From positions 165,585-229,584 of the forward strand of contig CAYMRP010000001.1 in NCBI GenBank assembly GCA_964392925.1: a stretch of 64,000 bases of DNA, given 5' to 3'. This document shows positions 46,319 through 57,208 of the stretch, one piece after another. Numbering within the stretch: the first letter of the stretch is position 1; every line of letters begins with the position of its first letter. This stretch comes from an uncultured Gammaproteobacteria bacterium (GTDB taxonomy: Bacteria; Patescibacteriota; Microgenomatia; Daviesbacterales; UBA10151). Made by a program: the position numbers and the translations under genes. The notes under the pieces are model-generated. The model ran no database searches. It was not told where the DNA came from and saw only the letters and a list, made by a program, of their open reading frames with translations.

Positions 46319-47152
46319 ATGAATTATCAACTCGGTATCATAGGTTATGGAATTGTTGGTCAGGCTGTTGAATACGGCTTTAAAAGCGAAGATATCCATA
46401 TCTACGATAAATTCAAAAATTACCTTTCCCTCGAAGAAGTTTGTGAAAAATCAGAATTTATCTTCCTGGCTGTCCCAACTCCGATGACAGAAGACTATAC
46501 TAAGATCGATTTAAGTATAGTTAACGAAACTGTCGCCGAAATTGCCGCTCAAATCAAAGGCACTGATAAAGTACTAGTTATAAAATCCACAGTCACTCCC
46601 GGAACAACAGCCAGATTATCCAAAGAACATCCTGATGTTCAATTCGCCTTCAACCCTGAATTCTTAACCGAAGCTAACTTCCTTGAAGATTTTGTAAATG
46701 CTGATCGGACAGTAATAGGCGCTGATAATGATTTAGTCTCCAGGCGTTTAGTCTCGCTCTACAAAAAACATTTCCCTAAAACTCCAGTTCTTCAAACCGA
46801 CCCAACTTCTGCAGAAATGGTCAAATACATGGCCAATTGCTATCTAGCTTCAAAAGTCATCTTTGCAAATGAAATGTTTGATCTTTGCGAGAAGCTCGGC
46901 GTTAAATACGAAGAAGTGAAAAAAATGGTAGTTGCCGATCACCGAATTTACGATTCTCATTTAGATATAACTACCCTTCGCGGCTTTGGTGGTAAATGTT
47001 TCCCTAAAGACATCGTCGCTTTGATTGGTTTATTTAAAGAGAAAGGTGTTGATGCATCTTTTCTCGAAACTGTTTGGAAGAAAAATCTGGAACTTCGCCA
47101 CGCCCGCGATTGGGAGGAAATCCCTGGTGCTGTCGCCAAAAAGAAACCTTAG
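46319..47152 (+). CDS. UDP-glucose/GDP-mannose dehydrogenase family protein, short form lacking the C-terminal domain
   Basis: N-terminal Rossmann IIGYGIVGQAV and central-domain motifs; only 277 aa. Confidence 0.55.
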   Translation: MNYQLGIIGYGIVGQAVEYGFKSEDIHIYDKFKNYLSLEEVCEKSEFIFLAVPTPMTEDYTKIDLSIVNETVAEIAAQIKGTDKVLVIKSTVTPGTTARLSKEHPDVQFAFNPEFLTEANFLEDFVNADRTVIGADNDLVSRRLVSLYKKHFPKTPVLQTDPTSAEMVKYMANCYLASKVIFANEMFDLCEKLGVKYEEVKKMVVADHRIYDSHLDITTLRGFGGKCFPKDIVALIGLFKEKGVDASFLETVWKKNLELRHARDWEEIPGAVAKKKP

Positions 47153-47220
47153 TCTCACGCTCTCTATAAAAACCCCTGTATTAAAATCATTATCAAAAGA
47201 AATTTAACTGTAAAAAGTTA

Positions 47221-47742
47221 TTAGTTAGAGGAATTTATAGGATCAGGTGTCACTGTATCAAGTGAAGCGGCCGTTGTTGTCACATCAGTGGCCGATGGAG
47301 GCACGGGTGAGGTAGTAGTAGTATCTGTCTGAGGAGCAGCTCCTACAGGAGCTTGAGGCTGCGCTTGATTTTGAGCCTGTTTCTTTTGCATGATATTTTT
47401 AACTTCCTGAACAATTTGGTCTGGTGTATAAGCGGCTTTTACTAAATATCCATCAGCCCCCAACTCAAAACCCTGTTTTATGACAGCATCTTGTCCTAAG
47501 TTAGTTAATAAAACTACTGCTACTGATTTAGTATTGGGGTTTTGTCTTATACTTTGAAGAATCTGCAGACCATTAATATCTGGAAGCATTATATCTAAAA
47601 GTACTAAATCGTAGGCATTTTTAGAAATTGCATTGAGTCCATCTTGCCCTGTTCCAAAAGCATCAGTCGTAAAACCGGAAAGATCCAGCTGTCTTTTAAA
47701 CAAATCCCTAATAAATTCTTCATCCTCAACTAAAAGAACCTT
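47221..47742 (-). CDS. receiver-only response regulator with Pro/Thr/Gln-rich C-terminal tail
   Basis: MKVLLVEDEEFIRDL...DLVLLDIMLPDINGL CheY-like REC; tail QAQPQAPVGAAPQTDTTTTSPVPP. Confidence 0.7.
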   Translation of the reverse strand, partial: KVLLVEDEEFIRDLFKRQLDLSGFTTDAFGTGQDGLNAISKNAYDLVLLDIMLPDINGLQILQSIRQNPNTKSVAVVLLTNLGQDAVIKQGFELGADGYLVKAAYTPDQIVQEVKNIMQKKQAQNQAQPQAPVGAAPQTDTTTTSPVPPSATDVTTTAASLDTVTPDPINSSN

Positions 47743-47797
47743 CATAACATCCCTAATATACTCACCAAAGGTCAAAATAGTCAACACTCTGAACTTT

Positions 47798-49306
47798 TTA
47801 CATTCTCTTTGTTAAGACATCAATATCTATATTATTAGCAACAGCCGGCAGACTGAAGCTAAATGTCGATCCTTGGCCTGCTCCTGGAGACTCAGCCCAA
47901 ATCACTCCTTTATGCAGTTCAACGATTGCTTTAGATAAATATAATCCAAGTCCATTGCCTTTTGAAGCTTGCTCAGCCGATCCTCCTTGTACCCTAAAGA
48001 ACTTACCAAACAATTTTGGCAAAGCCTCAGGCGGTATTCCTTTTCCTGTATCTTTAATATGCGTTGACACCATTTCGTCTTTTAAATCAACCCAAACTTC
48101 TATTTTACCCATTGGCTCCGTGTAATTAATGGCATTTGAAATCATGTTATTTAAAACCTCATTAATTCTGACTAAATCTACTTGGACTTGAGGAATTGGA
48201 TCTTTGGGTTCAATAAATTTCAAACTAATCCGCTTTTCATCAGCCCTATGCTCAAATGTATCAACCTGCGATTTCACATTAGTTGCCCAGTCTATTATTT
48301 GGGTATGCAAAGTCATCGCTCCTCTTTCTACCCTCGAAACGCTCAACAAATTTTCAACCAAACCTGCCAGTTGTTGGGTTGAAGTATTTATCCGGGTAAT
48401 AAACATCATTTGATCCGGAGTAAGTTTATCTTTGTTCTCGTTCATAAAAACCGAAATATAGCCTTTAATGGAAGTTAAAGGAGTCCTCAGTTCGTGCGCT
48501 GCCATAGATACAAAATCCAGCTTCATAGCCTCCAGCTGTTTCTCCTTAGTCTTATCCTGCAAAAGAATTACACAAGCAATATTTATCGCATCACCCATCT
48601 CCGGCAAATAAACATTTAAATCCGCAAAACTTTGCTTGTTTATATTGCTAATAATTTTAGTCTCCGGCATAATGAAAATTCCTGAGTCGGTCGGTGCCTT
48701 CTTCTTAGGTATGTACTGGGAACTTAAAATTTCCTGATTCTGCTTATCATAAAATCTGACGACTCTATCAACACTTTTGCCAACCGAATCAACTCTTTTT
48801 ATTCCCGTCACATTCTGCGCTGCATTATTAATAAACACTACCTCCATCTTCTTATTAAGCAAAATTATCGGATCACTAATATTCATCACCGAAGTCTCAA
48901 ATAATTTATTTTGTGCCGCACTAAATTCCGATAAATTAGCTGAGTACCCTTGGTTCTGAGTCATATAGTTTTGAACCTGAGTCAGCATAATATACAGCTG
49001 TTTATAATCTCCCAAATTAGTACTCTCAGGGACTGGTTTAAAAGTCCGGCTCAAAACACTTTGCATTGATGATGTAATAAGCTCAAGTGGTTCCAAATAC
49101 CTCTTACTAATAAATTTTAAGATCAGCTGGCCGCTCAGAATTAACAATGGAACAATAAATATAAATGTCAGTAGGATCTGGCCCAATGATTTAAAATAAG
49201 GGGTATAAATGCTGGCTATCCAGGCTCCGGTTGTTAAGATAACCGCTGGCAAAGCCAGAAAACCAAATAATAAAAGCAGCTTAAAACGGGCAGGTTTTTC
49301 GTTCAC
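47798..49306 (-). CDS. sensor histidine kinase (2 TM, PAS-like, HisKA, HATPase_c)
   Basis: H-box MAAHELRTPLTSIKGY, N/G1/G2 boxes (NAINYTEP, DTGKGIP, GNGLGLYLSK). Confidence 0.85.
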   Translation of the reverse strand: MNEKPARFKLLLLFGFLALPAVILTTGAWIASIYTPYFKSLGQILLTFIFIVPLLILSGQLILKFISKRYLEPLELITSSMQSVLSRTFKPVPESTNLGDYKQLYIMLTQVQNYMTQNQGYSANLSEFSAAQNKLFETSVMNISDPIILLNKKMEVVFINNAAQNVTGIKRVDSVGKSVDRVVRFYDKQNQEILSSQYIPKKKAPTDSGIFIMPETKIISNINKQSFADLNVYLPEMGDAINIACVILLQDKTKEKQLEAMKLDFVSMAAHELRTPLTSIKGYISVFMNENKDKLTPDQMMFITRINTSTQQLAGLVENLLSVSRVERGAMTLHTQIIDWATNVKSQVDTFEHRADEKRISLKFIEPKDPIPQVQVDLVRINEVLNNMISNAINYTEPMGKIEVWVDLKDEMVSTHIKDTGKGIPPEALPKLFGKFFRVQGGSAEQASKGNGLGLYLSKAIVELHKGVIWAESPGAGQGSTFSFSLPAVANNIDIDVLTKRM

Positions 49307-49383
49307 TTCATTTATTATACAAGTTAAAGAGGGCGTTTTACTGGATTAAAAACTTCGGGTTTTATGTGGTAAAATGAAAAACT

Positions 49384-51438
49384 ATGGATTTTAAGATTTC
49401 AAGTCAATTCAAACCCACCGGCGACCAGCCTCAGGCAATTGATAAACTAGTTTCCGGTCTAAATAAAGGTGAAAAAAACCAGGTTCTGCTTGGGGTAACT
49501 GGTTCTGGAAAAACTTTTACTATGGCCAACGTCATCGAAAAAGTTCAAAAACCTACTCTAATAATTTCTCACAACAAAACTCTGGCCGGTCAACTGGCTC
49601 AGGAATTTAAATCCCTTTTCCCCGAAAATGCGGTTGAATATTTTGTTTCATACTACGACTATTATCAGCCCGAAGCTTACATCGCAGCCTCAGACACTTA
49701 CATCGAAAAAGAAACCCAAATTAATGAAGAAATCGAAAAACTTCGACTCTCAACCACAACATCACTCTCAACCCGCCGTGATGTAGTTGTTGTCGCCTCA
49801 GTCTCATGTATCTATAACTTAGGCTCGCCTAAAGAATATATCGGAGCTACCATGGAAATAAAAGCCGGAATGAGTCTGGCAATCGATTCAATAATTAAAA
49901 TGTTAACTAAAATGTTTTATTCAAGAAACGAAATCGACTTTAAACGCTCAACTTTTAGAGTTAAAGGCGACACAATCGATATTTTCCCTTCCTACACTGA
50001 TCACGCTCTTCGTCTGGAACTCCTGGGTAATAAAGTCGAAAGAGTCTCTATTCTCGATCCATTAACAGGTGATATCACTCCAACTTCTCATACCATTACC
50101 TTATATCCGGCCAAACATTACATCACCCCAGAGCAAAGATTAATGCCTGGAATTGCCCAAATTGAAAAAGATTTAGCCAAACGTCTTAAAGAACTAAAAG
50201 ATCAAAATAAATTAATCGAAGCCCAGCGTTTAGAACAACGAACCAATTATGATATCGAAATGATCAGAGAATTTGGTTATTGCAACGGCATTGAAAACTA
50301 CTCCCGTTATTTCGAAGGCCGTGCCCCGGGTGAGCCTCCTTATTCGTTAATGGAATATTTTGCTAAAGATTTCCTGGTGATTATCGACGAGTCGCATATT
50401 ACTATCCCTCAAATAAGAGGCATGTATAACGGTGACCGCGCCCGTAAAACTAATTTAGTTGATTTCGGTTTCCGTCTGCCTTCAGCCCTAGATAACCGCC
50501 CTTTAAAGTTTGATGAATTTTTAAGACGAATCAATCAAACAATTTTTGTTTCAGCCACTCCTGATGAATATGAACTATCACTAGCAGCCGCAGGAGCAGA
50601 TCCTATAAAACCTGAAACTCCTTTTGAAGAAAAGCCAGTTATTAAAATTGGAGATGCTGACTGGTATGCTCAGCCTAATGTTGCCCAGCAATTAATCCGT
50701 CCAACCGGAATCATTGATCCAGAAATCGAAGTCAGAAAAACTGAAGGCCAAATTCCAGATGTTATGAAAGAAGTTGAAGCTCGCGTTGCTAAGGGTGAAC
50801 GTGTTTTAATCACCACTTTAACTAAAAGAATGGCCGAGGATCTCTCCGAATATCTAGCCGAACGCAAAGTTAAAGTCACTTATCTTCATTCCGATATCGA
50901 AACTTTAAAACGGGCCGATATCCTTCAATCATTAAGAATGGGGGAATACGATGTAATTGTGGGAATCAATCTATTAAGAGAAGGTCTCGATTTACCAGAA
51001 GTTTCCCTCGTCATTATTCTTGATGCCGATAAAGAAGGTTTTCTTCGTTCCCGAACCTCACTCATTCAAACCATGGGCCGTGCTGCCCGTCATATTGAAG
51101 GAAAAGTTATTATGTATGCCGACAGGACTACTAAATCTATGGAAGCCGCCATCGAAGAAGTCGCCCGAAGACGCGAATATCAGTTGGCATACAATAAAGA
51201 ACATGGCATCACTCCTAAATCGATCAGCAAAGCTCTAAGAGATAGATTAATCGAAAAAGTTGAAGAGTTAGAAGAGCAGTCAGGTAAAAAGAAAGCTCTT
51301 ACTGTTGATGACATTCCGGAAAAAGATAAAAAAGAAATGATTAAGCTTCTGGAAGAACAAATGCAGGAAGCCGCTTCGCTACTCGATTTCGAACAAGCAG
51401 CCAAAATTAGGGATCAAATAAAAGAATTGGGATCTTAA
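49384..51438 (+). CDS. uvrB: excinuclease ABC subunit B
   Basis: Helicase motifs GVTGSGKTF, beta-hairpin region, C-terminal UVR domain; 684 aa. Confidence 0.9.
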   Translation: MDFKISSQFKPTGDQPQAIDKLVSGLNKGEKNQVLLGVTGSGKTFTMANVIEKVQKPTLIISHNKTLAGQLAQEFKSLFPENAVEYFVSYYDYYQPEAYIAASDTYIEKETQINEEIEKLRLSTTTSLSTRRDVVVVASVSCIYNLGSPKEYIGATMEIKAGMSLAIDSIIKMLTKMFYSRNEIDFKRSTFRVKGDTIDIFPSYTDHALRLELLGNKVERVSILDPLTGDITPTSHTITLYPAKHYITPEQRLMPGIAQIEKDLAKRLKELKDQNKLIEAQRLEQRTNYDIEMIREFGYCNGIENYSRYFEGRAPGEPPYSLMEYFAKDFLVIIDESHITIPQIRGMYNGDRARKTNLVDFGFRLPSALDNRPLKFDEFLRRINQTIFVSATPDEYELSLAAAGADPIKPETPFEEKPVIKIGDADWYAQPNVAQQLIRPTGIIDPEIEVRKTEGQIPDVMKEVEARVAKGERVLITTLTKRMAEDLSEYLAERKVKVTYLHSDIETLKRADILQSLRMGEYDVIVGINLLREGLDLPEVSLVIILDADKEGFLRSRTSLIQTMGRAARHIEGKVIMYADRTTKSMEAAIEEVARRREYQLAYNKEHGITPKSISKALRDRLIEKVEELEEQSGKKKALTVDDIPEKDKKEMIKLLEEQMQEAASLLDFEQAAKIRDQIKELGS

Positions 51439-51743
51439 AAAAGTGGAGGAACTTCCATGCCTCGTTTTCTATAGTATCTAGCTTCAGCTTGAGATACTGG
51501 TAGTTCGCTATCTCCTTTGAGTAAGTTATATTCTCTGTTCCTAGCTCTATCTAATATTCTTCGGAAGTTAACAGGGTCTTTTAAAGCTTCTCTGTATACA
51601 GTCCTGATGCTTGTTTGCTTACTCCCAAACATCCAACTCTCCTGAGCAAATGTATTCAGTTCTTGGTAAACGTTCCATTTTGCGGCTTTATCATTGCACC
51701 TATCAAGCGTTTTTCTTATTCGTCCAGAAATTTCTCTTAACAT
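51435..51743 (-). CDS. hypothetical protein on the opposite strand between uvrB and uvrA
   Basis: 102-aa ORF in a 470-nt gap; Arg-rich; no recognisable domain. Confidence 0.3.
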   Translation of the reverse strand: MLREISGRIRKTLDRCNDKAAKWNVYQELNTFAQESWMFGSKQTSIRTVYREALKDPVNFRRILDRARNREYNLLKGDSELPVSQAEARYYRKRGMEVPPLF

Positions 51744-51908
51744 AATTAAATTATAACCTATAGATGTTTGGCTGTAAATATATGTTCTTACATAATCACT
51801 TATTAATCATATTCCCGCTAACGTTAGGCCTTTCAAAAGTTCCCAAAATCTGTTAGAATTTTCAAATTCTCTTTCGGCTAAAATTCGCATCTCAGCAATA
51901 AATTTACT

Positions 51909-54812
51909 ATGACAAACGACAAAATTATTATCAAAGGAGCCAGGCAGCACAACTTAAAAAATGTTGATTTGGAAATCCCCAAGAACAAATTAGTGGTCTT
52001 TACCGGAATCTCAGGTTCAGGTAAATCTTCTTTGGCTTTTGACACTCTTTATGCCGAAGGCCAACGCCGCTATGTCGAATCTCTTTCCTCATACGCCCGT
52101 CAATTCTTAGGCGTTATGGATAAGCCGGATGTCGATTATATCGAAGGTCTTTCACCAGCCATCTCAATTGATCAAAAAGCCGCATCTCATAATCCTCGCT
52201 CAACAGTCGGCACAACTACTGAAATTTATGATTACATGAGGCTGTTATACGCCCGAATTGGTCATCCTCATTGTCCTGTTTGCGGCCGCGAAGTTTCCAG
52301 AATGAGCGTTCAGCAAATAGCTGAAGCCGCTATTAATAAAATTAAAGCCTCATCAAAAAAACAATATCGCTTTTTCGTTATGGCTCCAGTTGTTAATGAC
52401 CGCAAAGGCGAATTCACCTCGCTTTTTGAAGATTTACGCAAAAAGGGTTTCTCCAGAGTTAGAATCGATGGCCATCTCCGGGAACTATCTGAAGACTTCA
52501 TGCTCCTTAAAAATAATAAACACACTATTGATGTCGTAGTCGATCGTTTAGCTTTGGATAATAAATCTGTTCAGGAACAAAGTAATTACTCAAGACTTTC
52601 TCAATCAATAGAAACAGCGGCTAAAATGGGGGAAGGCTCCGTTATAATCTCTGAAGTATTAGATCCGTCTCTCGATTTCCCTCAAAATCCAAAAAAACTT
52701 GAAGATCATTTATACTCAGAAAGATTTGCTTGTCCCGTCGATAATATTGCTTTATCTGAAGTTGAACCTAGATTATTCTCCTTTAATTCCCCCCACGGAG
52801 CCTGTCCGGAATGTACAGGACTCGGCTCCTTACTCGAAATCGATCCAGAATCAATCTTAAACCCAATTCTCTCAATTCTTGAAGGCGGAATTCTGCCTTG
52901 GAGTAAGCTCGGAACCAGTGAAACTTGGTTCACTAGATTAATCCAGGCTGTTGGGGAAGAATATGGTTTTGCTATGAATACCAGGCTTGGAGAGTTAACT
53001 GAAGAGGCCAGAAAAGTTCTTCTTTATGGTGCCGGCAAAAAAGAATTCACAGTTTCCGGCAAAAACCGTCAGGGCAGAATGACTTCCTTTCATTCAACAT
53101 TCAAAGGCTTAGTTGAAAACCTTAAGGAAAGATACCGTGAAACTGAATCAGAATGGGTCAAAGCTGAAATTGAAAAATACATGGTCCGGGAGATTTGTCC
53201 AAAATGCAAAGGCTCAAGATTAAAAGATGAAGCTCTCTCCGTCACAATTGATCAACTTAATGTCGCCGAAGTCACGACAATGGCTATTAAAGAAGCTTTA
53301 GAGTGGAGTCAGAAACTGGAAATAGGAGTTGTTTTAAATGACCGTGAGCAGCAAATTGCCAAAGCCATCCTTAAAGAAATCATCGCCCGTCTTCAATTCC
53401 TAGTCGATGTCGGACTTGATTATTTAACTCTGGACCGCGCAGCCATGACTTTAGCCGGCGGCGAATCTCAAAGAATTAGACTGGCATCTCAAATAGGCTC
53501 AGGTTTATCCGGCGTTCTCTACGTTTTAGATGAGCCTTCAATCGGCCTGCATCAAAGAGATAACACTCGATTAATAACCACCCTCAAAAAACTCCGGGAG
53601 CTGGGTAACACTGTCATAGTTAATGAACATGATGCCGAAACTATGCTTGAAGCCGACTACATGTTTGAAATTGGACCAGGAGCAGGGGAACATGGCGGAA
53701 ATATTGTCGCCCACGGCACACCTCAGCAAATTTTAGATAACCCGGCTTCTTTGACCGGTAAGTATCTTTCCGGAAAAAAGAAAATCGAAATATTCCCTGA
53801 AACCAAAAGAAACGAAAATGCCGGGGAGTTGGAAGTAGTTGGCGCATCTGAACACAATCTTAAAAATGTTTCAGTCAAATTCCCTCTCGGCAAACTGATC
53901 TCAGTCACTGGTGTTTCAGGATCAGGTAAATCAACTATGGTTCACGATATTCTTTACAAATCTCTGGCGCAAAAGTTTTACCGCTCGAAAGAACGCCCTG
54001 GAAAACACGAGCAAATCCTTGGTTTAGAAAATATTGATAAGGTCGTCATGGTTGATCAATCACCAATCGGTCGAACTCCGCGCTCCAATCCAGCAACCTA
54101 TACTGGAGCTTTCACTTTTATTAGGGAATTATTCGCTAATTCTCCGGAAGCAAAAATCCGCGGTTATGGGCCAGGCCGTTTCAGTTTCAATGTTAAAGGC
54201 GGCAGGTGTGAAGTTTGCGAAGGTGATGGTCAAATTAAAATAGAAATGCAGTTCTTACCTGACGTTTTCGTATTGTGCGAAGGCTGCGGCGGTAAGCGTT
54301 ATAACCGTGAAGCCCTCGAAATCCACTTTAAGGATAAGGATATCTCTCAGGTCCTTGATCTAACTGTTGAGGATGCGCTGGACTTCTTTGCCAAAATCCC
54401 TCAAATTAAGAATAAATTTACAGTCTTAAACGAAGTAGGTTTAGGTTATATTAGGCTCGGCCAGGCAGCCACCACTCTTTCTGGTGGAGAAGCTCAAAGA
54501 ATTAAACTAGCCTCAGAATTATCCAAACGCCAAACAGGCCGGACTGTATATATTCTCGACGAACCCACCACAGGTCTTCACTTTGCAGATATTGAGCGCT
54601 TATTAAAAATCCTGAGAAGATTAGTTGATCTTGGAAACACCGTTATTATCATTGAACATAACCTAGATGTTATTAAAAATGCCGATTGGATCATCGATCT
54701 CGGTCCTGAAGGCGGGGTGGGCGGTGGAACTTTAATTGGCGAAGGCACTCCAAGGCAAATTGCCGATAATCCAAAATCTCACACCGGCACATATTTGGCC
54801 AAGATGCTCTAG
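51909..54812 (+). CDS. uvrA: excinuclease ABC subunit A
   Basis: Two ABC ATPase modules with zinc-finger CxxC pairs; 967 aa. Confidence 0.9.
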   Translation: MTNDKIIIKGARQHNLKNVDLEIPKNKLVVFTGISGSGKSSLAFDTLYAEGQRRYVESLSSYARQFLGVMDKPDVDYIEGLSPAISIDQKAASHNPRSTVGTTTEIYDYMRLLYARIGHPHCPVCGREVSRMSVQQIAEAAINKIKASSKKQYRFFVMAPVVNDRKGEFTSLFEDLRKKGFSRVRIDGHLRELSEDFMLLKNNKHTIDVVVDRLALDNKSVQEQSNYSRLSQSIETAAKMGEGSVIISEVLDPSLDFPQNPKKLEDHLYSERFACPVDNIALSEVEPRLFSFNSPHGACPECTGLGSLLEIDPESILNPILSILEGGILPWSKLGTSETWFTRLIQAVGEEYGFAMNTRLGELTEEARKVLLYGAGKKEFTVSGKNRQGRMTSFHSTFKGLVENLKERYRETESEWVKAEIEKYMVREICPKCKGSRLKDEALSVTIDQLNVAEVTTMAIKEALEWSQKLEIGVVLNDREQQIAKAILKEIIARLQFLVDVGLDYLTLDRAAMTLAGGESQRIRLASQIGSGLSGVLYVLDEPSIGLHQRDNTRLITTLKKLRELGNTVIVNEHDAETMLEADYMFEIGPGAGEHGGNIVAHGTPQQILDNPASLTGKYLSGKKKIEIFPETKRNENAGELEVVGASEHNLKNVSVKFPLGKLISVTGVSGSGKSTMVHDILYKSLAQKFYRSKERPGKHEQILGLENIDKVVMVDQSPIGRTPRSNPATYTGAFTFIRELFANSPEAKIRGYGPGRFSFNVKGGRCEVCEGDGQIKIEMQFLPDVFVLCEGCGGKRYNREALEIHFKDKDISQVLDLTVEDALDFFAKIPQIKNKFTVLNEVGLGYIRLGQAATTLSGGEAQRIKLASELSKRQTGRTVYILDEPTTGLHFADIERLLKILRRLVDLGNTVIIIEHNLDVIKNADWIIDLGPEGGVGGGTLIGEGTPRQIADNPKSHTGTYLAKML

Positions 54813-54815
54813 TGC

Positions 54816-55151
54816 CTATTTTTGCCCACCTAGAACATCTGGATATTGTTTCCTTAAATCAAATGCAGCCCACCAGCTTTCTCCTGAAGTACCTCTCGAA
54901 GACTGTAGCAGTTGGGTTTCTCGGACCTCAAATATTCTTCCTAAGGCTGCAGCGTAATCTTTCTGTGGCGTATCTTTAAAAGTTTTTTTGTTTTTGGATC
55001 TTCTGTCTAGTAAAAAAGCTATATCTGCAAAATCACCATATTTCTCACGAAAGTATAGTCCGATATGTTTTTGCCCAGTGAGGACTTCCTCTGCGTGTTT
55101 TAACCTAATCTGAACAATTTCTTCTCTTCGAACAAGAATATCAGGTGTCAT
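54816..55151 (-). CDS. hypothetical protein on the opposite strand downstream of uvrA
   Basis: 111-aa ORF; no recognisable domain. Confidence 0.3.
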   Translation of the reverse strand: MTPDILVRREEIVQIRLKHAEEVLTGQKHIGLYFREKYGDFADIAFLLDRRSKNKKTFKDTPQKDYAAALGRIFEVRETQLLQSSRGTSGESWWAAFDLRKQYPDVLGGQK

Positions 55152-55224
55152 CTTCCTGAGTATAAAACAAAATAATAATTTAGCAATATTTGATGCTGCA
55201 GCTCTAATTGCTGTACAATTAATT

Positions 55225-55339
55225 TGTCATTCCAGCGAAGGCTGGAATCCAATTTTCAATGATTCTTTGGAATTCAGATTATCCGCATAAAACCATTTCG
55301 CTCGTTTCTAAATGGATCCCTGCCTTCGCAGGGATGACG
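55225..55339. repeat. inverted pair of hairpin-family repeats (tGTCATTCCAGCgaaGGCTGGAATcc 55225-55250; GGATCCCTGCcttcGCAGGGATGACg 55314-55339) with 63-bp spacer and no gene between
   Basis: Same family as 18635-19000 and 20471-20569; the second unit is translated as IPAFAGMTA in the annotated N-terminal extension of ORF 55259. Confidence 0.7.
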
Positions 55340-57178
55340 GCTACGATTCTTGTTCTATTATTCATATTTTCAAAAACTGTTTCCGCTGCCGGTGAATTCT
55401 CCACAACTTATGACATCAATTATTTAGTCCAACCAGATGGTTCGACTGATGTTGTTGAAAAGATAAAACTCAAAAACCTAACTGATCGCTTTTTCCCTTC
55501 CAGTTTTTCAGTTATTCTTCCCGGAACTGAAATCACCGATATCTCAGCCTCTGATAAGCAAGGGCCTCTTCAGGTTGTTTCTGAGCCTGATAGTTCCAGC
55601 ACAAAAGTCACTGTCACTTTTACTAATCAGCAAATAATCGGCCTCAACAAGGAATATGATTGGGAACTGCGCTTTAAAGATAAAGGAGTCACCCGTAATT
55701 TAGGCTCAGTTTGGAATATAAATTTGCCTAAAATAAGTCAGCAGGCTCAGGTAGATGGTCTTAGTTTAACTTTATCAGTCCCAACAAGTTTCGGTGATCC
55801 GGATTATATTTCTCCTCAGCCTTCACGAACTACTGAATCAGGCGGCCGGATTAATCTTAATTTTACCAACAACGAACTCCTAACCACAGGTATTTCTGCT
55901 ATTTTCGGCAACACTCTCAACTTTGAGTTCGAAACCTCCTATATTTTAAAGAACAGCTCGATTCTTCCTAAATACGAAAATATCGTCATTCCCAGCGGCA
56001 GCGCCTATCAAAAAACTTATATCACTAGTATTGAACCCCGTCCGGAAAACACCGAAAGTGATGCCCTCGGCAATTCAATTGCCATTTTTAAAATAGATCC
56101 TAACCGGGAAATAGAAGTTAAAGTCAGGGGCCATATCTCTACTTTTCTTAATCAGCAGTATAAAGATGTTCTTTCTTCAAAAGAAACGGAAATGTACACT
56201 AGTGAAACTGAATTCTGGGATAAAAACAATCCTAATATTCGTAATAAACTTCAGGAAATTATATCCCAAAATAATCCTGAAACCAGTTTTGAAAAAGCTC
56301 GTGTAATTGATAAGTACGTTGCGAACTTCCTAAGATTCGACCGGACCCGTATCGAAAAAAATGACTTCGTCAGATTCGGCTCAGTCACAGCTTTAAATAA
56401 TCCGGAACGCGCTTTAAGTGCAGAATTCCTTGATCTGGAAACTTCACTTTTGCGGGCAGCTGGAATACCTACCAGGCAAGTTATTGGCTTTGCCTTAAAA
56501 AACGGCAGTGTTAAACCATTTTCCTACTCCAATCAAAACCTCCACACCTGGCTCGAATTCTTTGATCCTTCCAAAGGTTGGGTCATTTCTGATCCGGCCT
56601 GGGAAAACACCACCAGCGGTGCCGACTTCTTTGCTTTTAATGATTTGAACCATTTAGCATTAGCCTTCTCTAATGGCGAAAAAGAGGATTATATTTTACC
56701 CACCAATATAAATGTCCAGGTTTATGAAGGCGAACTAAGTGAAAAAAAAGGCGCAGCCTTGGATATTCAGGTTGAAAAACAAATCCTCTCCGGTTTTCCC
56801 TCCAAAGCCAAAATTAAAATTAATAATCTCGGAAACTCTGCTTTTCCAGCCTCAACTTTAGAAATCTCCACCTCAAAAATTCTCCTTGAATTCCCAAACT
56901 CACAACCCGAAACAATTAAGTTAATTGAAACTCCGGAAATTCCGCCTTTCGGAAACTTAGAATATTCATTTAACCTAAAAACCGGCGCTATTTGGCATTC
57001 GTATCAGGATGCTTTTCAAGTCAGATTTACCGGAACTGATGACACCAGAATTATCGATGTCGTCCCGATCCTCTCCTATAAAATCTTTGCGGTGGAAATC
57101 TTCGGCGGCCTTATCATCATCGCCCTCTTCTATATCGTTATTCTTCTAATGCATCATAAATCATCCAAAAAAGAATAA
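55334..57178 (+). CDS. membrane-anchored transglutaminase-like domain protein (catalytic Cys apparently replaced), start at MTATILVLL
   Basis: Signal/TM N-terminus, central region resembling transglutaminase core (RAAGIPTRQVIGFA ... HTWLEFFDPSKGWVISDP), C-terminal TM; upstream extension is repeat-derived. Confidence 0.45.
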   Translation: MTATILVLLFIFSKTVSAAGEFSTTYDINYLVQPDGSTDVVEKIKLKNLTDRFFPSSFSVILPGTEITDISASDKQGPLQVVSEPDSSSTKVTVTFTNQQIIGLNKEYDWELRFKDKGVTRNLGSVWNINLPKISQQAQVDGLSLTLSVPTSFGDPDYISPQPSRTTESGGRINLNFTNNELLTTGISAIFGNTLNFEFETSYILKNSSILPKYENIVIPSGSAYQKTYITSIEPRPENTESDALGNSIAIFKIDPNREIEVKVRGHISTFLNQQYKDVLSSKETEMYTSETEFWDKNNPNIRNKLQEIISQNNPETSFEKARVIDKYVANFLRFDRTRIEKNDFVRFGSVTALNNPERALSAEFLDLETSLLRAAGIPTRQVIGFALKNGSVKPFSYSNQNLHTWLEFFDPSKGWVISDPAWENTTSGADFFAFNDLNHLALAFSNGEKEDYILPTNINVQVYEGELSEKKGAALDIQVEKQILSGFPSKAKIKINNLGNSAFPASTLEISTSKILLEFPNSQPETIKLIETPEIPPFGNLEYSFNLKTGAIWHSYQDAFQVRFTGTDDTRIIDVVPILSYKIFAVEIFGGLIIIALFYIVILLMHHKSSKKE

Positions 57179-57208
57179 ATTTACTAGTAATTCTGATAAA
57201 ATACCCTC

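Noticed and set aside
55259-55333. Annotated N-terminal 25 residues of ORF 55259 (…WIPAFAGMTA) and the MRMTS/MIRYPETLL extensions of ORFs 20557 and 18648
   Set aside because: These codons lie inside the palindromic hairpin repeats and start with GTG/TTG. Downstream ATGs (55334, 20572, 18675) give typical protein N-termini.
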